DNA of 64,000 nucleotides from assembly GCA_010909165.1 (NCBI GenBank), contig MU008186.1, forward strand, positions 186,001-250,000, read 5' to 3'. A program made the translations under genes and the position numbers. Shown piece after piece: positions 50,826 through 60,379 of this stretch. The notes under the pieces are model-generated. The model saw only the letters and a list, made by a program, of their open reading frames with translations. It did not search any database and was not told the DNA's origin. Position 1 is the stretch's first letter. Each line of letters starts with the position of its first letter. Source of the DNA: Anthoceros angustus (taxonomy: Eukaryota; Plantae; Anthocerotophyta).

Positions 50826-51584
50826 ACCCAAGGGAAGAGCCCACAGTCCACAAAGCCCCTGAGTGAGACTTTGACAGCGTCAAGGGAGGAAAGCATTGCA
50901 CCTCAACGGAGACGCGCAGCTGGTGTCACATTGAAGAAAAGTGAAGGAGAGGTAGTGACGGCGGATTTCCGAAAACCATGTTGCAATCAAATGTGCTTGC
51001 AGAAGCTAACAAAAGATAAGTTTCAGGAGCAGAGGTACCGATTCCTAAGGATGGGCAGGCCGGAGCAAGAGACATTTCTAGAGTCCTTGTTCAAGTGGAG
51101 GGAGGTGGATGTGACAGGGGTAAAGTAGTCACACATATATTGGGGTCCATTCCAATGCGCTGCTGCTTGAAGGCATTCAGAAGAGTATATTGCATAGGGC
51201 ACAACAGATATGAGGAACTGAAGAGTAGGGTCATTTCGAATGCCCCGTGGGATGGTTTCAGGCATAACCCCAAACCTCAGTCTTCTTATGTGCTTGGAGC
51301 CATATCGTGGATGGACAAGACATTTTTGTTTATGGCCGAGCGGCTGCCGAACGTGGAAGTCTTCAACCTTCCCGACACATACACAAGGTTGGAAATATGG
51401 AGTATGTACAAGCAGCAATGCGAAACCTCTGGGATCCGTTATGTGAAATATCCATGGTTCTTAAAGTTATGGAAAAGCAACTTCCCAAGAGTGAAAATAC
51501 CGAAATCAAATAGGTTTTCCACATGCTACCTCTGCGCAGGTCTGAAGAGCACTATTAGGAACACAATCCACAAAATTGATCAAG
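50826..51584 (+). pseudogene. Transposase exon 1, inverted relative to exon 2
   Basis: KPLSETL..RRRAAGV..DFRKPCCNQMCLQKLTKDKFQEQRYRFLRMG; CCLKAFRRVYCIGHNRYEEL; KIPKSNRFSTCYLC; donor CAAG|GTAAT at 51585, the same position as in copy 1. Confidence 0.85.
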
Positions 51585-51695
51585 GTAATTCTTACCACAT
51601 CGACGGGGCTAGTTGACATGCATGGGAACTTATGGAAATGGTTTTCTTGAGTGGGGAGTGGTTGTTTTGAACCCTGGGCCATATGGGCAAGAACC

Positions 51696-52200
51696 CTAGA
51701 ATCGAGTCTTACGGTTCTTGCTATGATGGAATGCGGTGGGACGCCAACCAACCGTCGTCCCACATATGCAAAACCCTCTAAGGAGGTTTGCTCCAAGAGT
51801 CTGAGGGAGGACCTGTCGCGCAATGGCCGCATAGCTGCATGCTGACCAGTTTTCAATCTGCAGAACCACTAGTCTGCAGCAACAAAATTTGTCCTTGGCC
51901 TTTGGCCGGAAGGACTGTAAAGTTCCTAGCCTTGGCCAAGGAATAAGGGCAAAGGGAGGCATAAATAGCCTCCGGCCGCGAACAGGTGAGATCAAGTTGG
52001 TTGCTAGAGGCTCCCACTTGATAGTGCGGTTCCCAAAAGTCACAAGAGAGAAATGAGACAAACTGTAGGGACGAAGTATGGCTGCCTTTCCATTCAGACA
52101 AACATCTACAATCCAAGAATCCATGGCTGGGTGCCCCACATATATAGGCAAAACCCCCAGGAACTCTCGATGAAGTGCCTGCTCGCTCTCGATGGTAGGC
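51696..52200 (-). pseudogene. ORF X (unknown), open for about 165 codons
   Basis: Long open frame homologous to 4250-4640. Confidence 0.5.
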
Positions 52201-52204
52201 ACTT

Positions 52205-53291
52205 TAGGTCTATTTATAATCCTACTTTCCTTGGCCTTTGAATAAACAATAATATTCAAGTGCTCAATCACCTATTCGCCCTTTTCCTTGATTTACGATT
52301 TTTGAAGGACAAGAGGGTGGATAAGCAAATGATGGATTCCGTCCTCCAAAGCTTTGTTGAGAAGACCACTAGCGATGAACTGAGGATGATTGTGATGCAT
52401 GGAGTGGAGGAGGCACATACAGTTAGAGAAGCAATGAGAAAATGGAGCAGGAAAGAGGGCTTGGTGTAGTGAAGACAAACATGAACAATGACAGGGGTGG
52501 ATTTGAGACTGTGGAATACATAACTATCGGTTGGGGTGTGAAGGATGGGAGCACAAAGGACAGAATTGCAATGCTACCAAATGCTATGCAGGGAACGTTC
52601 AACAATGGAAGGTCCGTCATTGCTCATGACACAATTATCAAAAAACAGGTTTACATGTCCCATGACAAGTTGGTGGTCTGCCCTTACCAGAGACCATTGG
52701 GGTTGATGATGAAACTCATTAAAACCTTCTCCAAAGAGGGAGATTGGGTTCTGGATGCATCCAGAACCCAATCCAATGCCGCTCCCAGAGCATGCATCCA
52801 CCCAAGCATGCTCTGGGACCGGCACAACTCTATTGGCAGCGTTACTTATAGGAAGGAATTGTATCGAGGCTGACTTGAGATGTGCAGGTTATATTTCACA
52901 AAGAATTCATGGATTTGAGATGCTCCCAGACGAAGTTGAAGAGTTGAATTTTGAAGCTCACCAGAGAGGACTAGCACAGTTCTGGGCAAAGGAGGTTTGT
53001 ATTAGCAAGAAGGACTCCTTGAAAGCACAAGTGGTTTCTTTGAGTGCCCGCCGGAATAAGACAAGGACTGGCAATTTGTTGGAGGCTGGCCATCAAACAC
53101 TGGATAACGTTTGGCAGCCTGTGGCGGATATTAATGATGAAGAAACAGATGGGGACGAGGACTCGAGCACTTTGGTTGAAATCGACAATTTCGATGAGGA
53201 AGATCTTGAGCGGATACAAAACTTGGCTATAGTTTATGATTCGGTGTCAGCACAAGCACCGGTTGAGTCACAAGTTAGCCCAGACGTGTAG
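52205..53291 (+). pseudogene. Beta-class amino (N6-adenine/N4-cytosine) DNA methyltransferase, 5'-truncated and frameshifted
   Basis: Motif X-I block VCPYQRPLGLMMKLIKTFSKEGDWVLDA|CSGTGTTLLAALLIGRNCIEAD matches the N6_N4_Mtase consensus HPTQKPxxLxxxLIxxxSxxGDxVLDPFxGSGTT...GRxxIGxE; degenerate motif IV region near 52275-52310; 49-bp insertion at 52761-52809. Confidence 0.85.
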
Positions 53292-53683
53292 AGGTTTGTA
53301 GATGTGAACTATTGTTTGTGCTAGTGGTCAATTTTGGCGGAACCTTAAACAGGGATGGTCTCCAACTTGCTTGTAGACGGCCGTACCCATACCTAGTTTG
53401 TGATTACTGGGCCTCTTGTCAGTGTGAAAATGGATCAACGTACAAAACGCACTTCCTATTACCACTAAAGGCGCCGGCCAGCCGGCGCCCTTAACCCTTT
53501 CTTCTGGTTTTCTTTTTTCACAAACTGCGCATTCAGCTCTAGGAAGCATTGTCCATGGTATGGGACACCTGGAAACCTGGAAAACCACAGTTTTTGGAAC
53601 CATGTGTTATTAGTGAAGGAGGTTTCGTTCAACCAAAAGGGGGTTCGGATATTCACCCCCTTCACTGAATAACATGTTCTGAG

Positions 53684-54088
53684 ATGGCAGACCGTGCTCC
53701 CCGTGCTTTGAACTTGAGAATTTCTGGTCTTGGTAATGACATTGTTGCACCACTTGTGGCTGCAAAGGAGTTTCTCAACAGGCTAGAGGTCTATGTGGTT
53801 GTTCCTGGAGCCTTCTGGCTTGAAAAGGATCCTAGTAGGGAGTGCATATTAATTATGACTTTTCACTCTATAGATGATCGCCTCCATGTTATAAAGGCTA
53901 GGTCTATGTTACGGACAACTCAATTATATATCAAAGAATATCTTACAACATTGCAATGGAAGACAAAGAAGGAGAAGTTACTCGCTTTTAGAGCTGCTCG
54001 TGCTGCATGTCAAGTGGCTTTCTTTCGTGGGGATGAATTGGTGGTGTTTAGCCCTCGTTCACGCATTTTCATTAACACTGTTGATTGA
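53684..54088 (+). CDS. LINE ORF1p-like (RRM-CTD type) short ORF, 134 aa
   Basis: NLRISGL...ILIMTFHSIDDRLHVIKARSMLRTTQLYIKEYLT...RAARAACQVAFFRGDELVV resembles the L1/L2/CR1 ORF1 pattern; no ORF2 follows. Confidence 0.55.
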   Translation: MADRAPRALNLRISGLGNDIVAPLVAAKEFLNRLEVYVVVPGAFWLEKDPSRECILIMTFHSIDDRLHVIKARSMLRTTQLYIKEYLTTLQWKTKKEKLLAFRAARAACQVAFFRGDELVVFSPRSRIFINTVD

Positions 54089-54951
54089 TTGAAGATTATT
54101 TGTCTTGTTTGAATTTTATCTTTACATTCGTCCAGACCATTTTACTGCAATCTATGTAGTTACCATATTTTAGTCCCATGACGGAAATCCGCTGATGAAA
54201 TAGTTTATTTTGGCCAAGACACCGTGAATTGAACACCATGAATACATGTTCTACACATTGGAGGACCAATCTCGGTGCTTGGAGCGTGGAGTGAGGGGCT
54301 GCACTTTTGCACATGCTTCATGATCGTACACCAAGTGGGTTTCTATTTTTTGAAACCACATGGGGATGTAGAACCAAGTGTGTTGGTATTTGTGGGTGCA
54401 AGAAGATAATCGATTTCTATTTTCCGAAACGAGTGTCAATTGCTCTTCAACGGGCCCTCTTTACGGCGATCATCCTCAAAGCAGCGATATAACGCATCCT
54501 CCTCTGGCTCCATAGATTGTTGGCCATTTTCTCTCACCGTGTACGACATCGTAGGTACAGTCGATAAATTCCGATATGCAGCTTTGTTGCTCCTTTTCAC
54601 CTCGACGATCAAGGTTCCCTTGGTTGTCCTATGGTGGATGGGCTTCTCCCGTAATTTTTTCCCCTCAATAAAATCTTTAGAGCTTATTCGAAACCACGTG
54701 GGAATGGAGAACCTAGTGTGTTGGTATATGAGGGTGCAAGAAGAGTGGCGAACGATTTTTGCGGAATTGATTATGGGGTTAACAAATGGGTTCTTCCAAA
54801 ACTTCGAGAAGTTTTCATTCTGGTGGCCAAAGAAAAACCGTTTGCACATCTTCAGGTGATATGGTCTTAAGCAGTTCACATGTATGTACTTGGCCATCCT
54901 GCCATACACTGTGTGTTGTTAGACTGGTCTTTCGACAGCGGTCCCTAAACG

Positions 54952-57900
54952 ATGGCCGCAGTATGGCAACCGGACCCGTTGTGCACGCAACAAAATGATG
55001 GTGTGTGTACAAGGATTCTAGCAAGAGCTCCCGCTCTCCTCACTTCAGGGAGTCAACCCCTGGCAAACAAGCAAGCCTCGAGGTGCAGCAGTGTGAGGAG
55101 CCCAGCACTTCCAATTCCGAGAAAATGTGTGCGTGGGGACGGAGTTTCCTTCGATGGTCGTCGCCAGGAGCAGGAGCACTTGTGGCAACAATTTTTTCTG
55201 GAGCCTACCATGTGGTGGGACAGCAGACGAGATAAGAAGAGCTCCCATGCGCCTGACTTCCGGCGTAAGGGGTCAGGCGAGGTCCTGTGGTTAAACAGCA
55301 TGCTCAAGCCAGCTTGGGTCGATGAGCAGCTCGTTTCCTTGGATATGCAGATGGGTCATGATGCCTCTCCTTCCAAGTCGAGCTCTGCGGACAAGCCTGA
55401 ACCTGGTAGGAGTGCAGGATCGGTGATGGGCGTCGTAACGGCTGGAACAGTGAGCATGTTATGTCAGCAGGGAAAGCTTTCTGAGGCTGTTGGAGCCCTG
55501 GAATATTTGGCGCAGACAGACTCTGCCATTTCTCCGTCTCAGTTTTCCACTGTGCTGAAACTGTGTACGGCTAAGAAGGATTTGGTTTTGGGGCGACGAG
55601 TTCATCATCTTATTGTCAAACTGGGGTACGATTCGAATGCATACTTGGGGAACCATATCTTGCGCATGTACGCATGTGGAGGTAGGCTAGAGGAGGCCAT
55701 GGATGTGTTCACCAGGGTGGGCAAACCAGACGCCTTCATGTGGTTTTCCATAATCTCTGCACATGCTAAGCAGGGGAAACCTAAGGAGGCCATACAACTG
55801 TACCATGAGATGCGCAGGTCAGGCGTGAAGGCGGATGCCCACGTCTTTGTAGCTGCCCTTCAAGCTTGTGCATTTGCCGACTTGGAATCTGGCAGAAAAG
55901 TGCACTGTGATGTGTTGCACAGTGGCATTCCTCTAACTTGTTTGTTGGCACCTGCCTGGTGGACATGTATGCAAAATGTGGTGAACTGAAAGATGCACGC
56001 CAGGTTTTTGACAGCATGGCCACAAAGGATGTGGTGACATGGACGGCCTGATTGCTGGGTATGCAGCAAGGGCTTGGCCAAGAGGCGCTTGTTGTATGGA
56101 CAAATGGAGCAGGAGGGCCTCATTTTGGCTGACCATGTTACTTTTGCTTGCCTTCTGAAGGCCTGTGCAAGCACTGGTGCCTTACAGAAGGGCAGGCAGC
56201 TGCACTCACAGATTGTGGAAAGAGGACTTTTAGATAACACACTGGTTGGGCAACCATATCTTGCGCATGTATGCATGTGGAGGTAGGCTAGAGGAGGCCA
56301 TGGATGTGTTCACCAGGGTGGGCAAACCAGACGCCTTCATGTGGTTTTCCATAATCTCTGCACATGCTAAGCAGGGGAAACCTAAGGAGGCCATACAACT
56401 GTACCATGAGATGCGCAGGTCAGGCGTGAAGGCGGATGCCCACGTCTTTGTAGCTGCCCTTCAAGCTTGTGCACTTTCCGCCGACTTGGAATCTGGTAGA
56501 AAAGTGCACTGGGATGTGTTGCACAGTGGCATTCCTCTGAACTTGTTTGTTGGCACCTGCCTGGTAGGCATGTATGCAAAATGTGGTGAACTGGGGGATG
56601 CGCGAAGGGTTTTTGACAGCTTGGCCACGAAAGATGTGGTGACATGGACGGCCTTGCTTGCTGGGTATGCAAAGCATGGGTTTGGCCAACAGGCACTTGT
56701 TCTGTATGGACAAATGGAGCTGGAGGGCCTCATCGTGGCTGATCATGTTACTTTTTCTTGCCTTCTGAAGGCATGTGCAAGCGCTGGTGACGTACAGAAG
56801 GGCAGACAGCTGCACTCACAGATTGTGAAAAGGGGGCAGCTGCACGACACTGTGTTAGGCAACTGCCTTGTGGACATGTATGTAAAATGTGGTGAACTGA
56901 AGGATGCGCACCAGGTTTTTGACAGCTTGGCCACAAAAGATGTGGTGACATGGACGACCCTGATTGCTGGGTATGGACAGCAAGGGCTTGGCCAAGAGGC
57001 GCTTGATCTGTATGGGGAAATGGAGCAGGAGGGCCTGATTGTGGCTGACCATGTCACTTTTTCTTGCCTTCTGAAGGCCTGTGCAAGCGCTGGTGCCTTA
57101 CAAAAGGGCGAGCAGCTATACTCACAGATTGTGGAAAGAGGACTTTTAGATAACACACTGGTTGGCAACTGCCTGGTGGACATGTATGCTAAATGTGGTG
57201 AACTGGAAGGTGCACGCCGGGTTTTTGACAGCTTGGCCACAAAGGATGTGGTGACATGGACCACCCTGATTGCTGGGTATGCACAGCAAGGACTTGGCCA
57301 AGAGGCGCTTGTCTGTATGGACAAATGGAGCAGGAGGGCCTGATTTTGGCTAACCATGTTACTTTTGCTTGCCTTCTGAAGGCCTGTGCAAGCACTGGTG
57401 CCTTACAGAAGGGCAGCTGCACTCACAGATTGTGGAAAGAGGACTGCTGGATAACACATGGTTGGGCAACTGCCTGGTGGACATGTATGCTAAATGTGGT
57501 GAACTGGAAGGTGCACGCCGGGTTTTTGACAGCTTGGCCACAAAGGATGTGGTGACATGGACCACCCTGATTGCTGGGTATGCAAATCATGGTCTCGGCC
57601 AAGAGGCAATGGTTCTGTCTGGACAGATGGAGCAGGAGGGCCTGATTGTGGCTGACCATGTTACTTTCGCTTGCCTTCTGAAGGCCTGTGCAAGCACTGG
57701 TGCCTTACAGAAGGGCAGGCAGCTGCACTCACAGATTGTGGAAAGAGAACTGCTAGATAACGTACTTGTGGGCAACTGCCTGGTGGACATGTATGCCAAA
57801 TGTGGTGAACTGGAAGATGCACGCCGGGTTTTTGACAGCTTGGCCACCAAAGACGTGGTGACTTGGACCGCCCTGATATCTGCGTATGGTACTTGTGACG

Positions 57901-58769
57901 ATGGTCACAGAGCACTAGCTTGTTTTGAGGAGATGTTACTTGCCGGCATTCAGCCTGATGGTGCTACTTTAACTTGCCTTCTAGCAGCCTGCAGTCATGA
58001 GGGACTTGTCCACGAGGGTCGCAAGCACTTTGATTCCATGGCTGAACAGCATGGCATCAAACCTGCTCTTGAGCATTACAGTTGCATGATTGATCTCCTT
58101 GGGCGTGCGGGCTATCTAGATGAGGCAGAGAACATGCTGTTATCATGTGAAAGCCAAAGCAATGTTGTGGGGTTGACATCTTTGTTGAACGCCTGCAGAA
58201 GTCACGGGGATATTGAGAGGGCGACACGGTGTTTTGAAAGTCTCCTTAAATTGGAGCCTCAGAGTGCATCCGCATATGTGCTCATGGCCAATGCCTATGC
58301 AGATGCAGGTAGGTGGAGCGATGTAGACAGGATTGAAACCCAGAGAATGGCAGCAGGAGCTAATAAGAAACCTGCAGTGGCAACCATTGAGGTGAATAAG
58401 CAAGTACATAGATTTCTGGTAGGAGAAAGACGAGAGGATATTGCGCTTAAGGTAGAGAGCACGAATGCACGTGTGAAGCAGGAAGGTGGCCACGCCCCTC
58501 ACACAAACTTGGTGTTGAAGCCAGTGTGTGAGAAGGAAAAGGAAGATGCGCTTTGTGGGCATGCTGAGAAGTTAGCTCTGGCGTTTGGTCTCTTGAACAC
58601 TCCGAGTGGGACACCTCTGGTGGTAACGAAGAATCTACGTATGTGCAGTGACTGCCACAGTTCCACGGAGATCATGTCAAGGCTTGAACAGAGAAACATT
58701 GTTGTGAGGGATGGGTACCGTGTGCATCGATTCGCAGATGGTTCTTGCAGTTGTAAGGGTAGACCCTAA
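54952..58769 (+). CDS. PLS-class PPR protein with N-terminal OSB-type PDF motif, E1/E2 and DYW:KP (GRP-ending) deaminase domain; candidate U-to-C RNA editing factor; frameshifts in the repeat array
   Basis: [37 protein letters not shown]; 306-nt P-L-S triplets; [10 protein letters not shown] in place of the PG box; HAEKLA, CSDC and SCSCKGRP-stop; intronless. Frameshifts at about 55870-56250 and about 57310-57420 may be assembly errors. Confidence 0.9.
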
Positions 58770-59802
58770 GGGTGAGAATAATCAAGAACTAGCCTCGCCT
58801 TCGGTGGCGGCCATGCATCTTTCGGTATATCCGCTCTGAAGCTGCATCATCTGTACGATCGAGTTGTTGTCAGCCACACGTGATATATTTCACTGGAAAC
58901 AGGAGGATGGAGGTGTTTCATGCAGCAGCAGGGACTGCTTGCGGGTCACAGGCATGAGCATTTTGGAAGAATTCTTCTCTGTCGAATTTCAAGCAGGTAT
59001 CCAGATGTTTGCAATTCGGCATCCAGCAAGGATTCGCATGTCCGGTGATGCCAGTGCTGCAAGCTGAATCTTCTTCAAAAGAGACGGATCCCGGCATGCC
59101 CAGAACCTTCTCTCCTTTTTTCGTTCATCAAGCCCTGTTCTTTTCAAGTGGCACTTAGGATTCCACAAGGTCGGGGTTGCACCTACAGGCACTGCGGTTT
59201 TCCTTGACAAGCCAGAACGTGCGAGGATTATTTTGTGTTGCACGGGCAGGATGTATCCTCAATGTCAAGAGCAGGCACTGGAATCGCCGTGAAGTGCATT
59301 AAGTGCCCAAGTCGCGACACGCTTTGTCTTGAAGTTGGATATTGGCTGAAGTACCGAAGTGAACGACATGCATTGTCTTAGAGGTGGATATTGGCATGTT
59401 GGACACGCTGGCTCTTCGGACGATCCACAGCTGGTGAGTACCTAGGTCTCCTTGTTGCTTACTGCGTGACGGCATCTAGCTTGCAGTGTAGCTTGCAGCA
59501 ACTCATTCGCTATACGGTAACTCGACATATCAAGTGCCCCCTTCACGTCATTCATAATCCCGTTGACTATTCAGTAACTTAACATAACAAGAGTCCCTAT
59601 AGCCCACTTGGAAGAACAAGAAGTCTATTATAGCCTACTTGCTCGGATTTTTCCTGTCATGGTACTTAACAACTTGTACCATGGTGTGCCTAAGCGCCGT
59701 TTCATGATCCCAATTAAGTTTTCTATTCGGTAATTGTAAATCATTAACTTGATTTGACATGCGCTCCTAGAGACATATTGGCATAATAACTCACCTAGCT
59801 AC

Positions 59803-59946
59803 ATCTTAACATGACAAGTTCTTGCAAGGTAACAGACAAGCCATTCATAAATCTTAACATGACAAGTTCTTGCAAGGTAATAGACAAACCATTCATAAAT
59901 CTTAACATGACAAGTTCTTGCAAGGTAATAGACAAGCCATTCATAA
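59803..59946. repeat. 48-bp tandem repeat, 3 copies
   Basis: atcttaacatgacaagttcttgcaaggtaa[ct]agacaa[ga]ccattcataa x3. Confidence 0.95.
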
Positions 59947-60379
59947 CTTACAACAGGCAAGTCATTCATAATCTCTAGCAAGTCACCATTATGTGACCAT
60001 TGATAAGTCATTCATAATTTATAGTTTATAAGTCATTCATAATTCGTAGCATGCAAATGTATATCTGAAAGATCTACCTAAACATCTTCTCTATTTTTAT
60101 TAAGGGAAAAAAATGATGGAAAAAGCTCATCTAGGAGGGGAAAACCAAGAAGGACCCCGAGGGTCAAGGTGAAAGGGAGCGACTAAGCTCCCTACCTATA
60201 GTCACCTACTGCTCCTACAATGTCATATGCGGAAGGACAAATAGTCTGCAAACCGTGGAGGAAGAGGAAAAAGCATCACCTGCGGTCGCCACCTTGTGGA
60301 GAATCGCTGTCGAGAGGGCCCTTTGAAGGGCATTGAGACTCGCTGGCTGAAGTATGGTGTGAAGTAGGAAAGACAGCTC

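Larger units (their letters stand above)
46700..53300. mobile_element. Large DNA transposon, copy 2 (transposase and ORF X on -, amino-MTase on +), internally rearranged; termini not identified
   Basis: Same three components as copy 1 in inverted orientation; transposase exon 1 flipped; partial tandem duplication; apparent deletion of the ParB-containing 5' part of the MTase gene. Confidence 0.8.

Noticed and set aside
52205-53291. Bacterial contamination as the source of the MTase
   Set aside because: It is embedded with a spliced eukaryotic transposase, recurs in a second copy and is contiguous with intron-rich plant genes.
46440-53680. Candidate terminal inverted repeats for copy 2 (caaaaggg.. 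motifs near 46483 and 53635)
   Set aside because: They are not properly inverted and are too short to support.
59803-59946. CRISPR-like appearance of the 48-bp repeats (also the 19-bp repeats at 8578-8640)
   Set aside because: Head-to-tail repeats without unique spacers, in a eukaryotic context with no cas genes.
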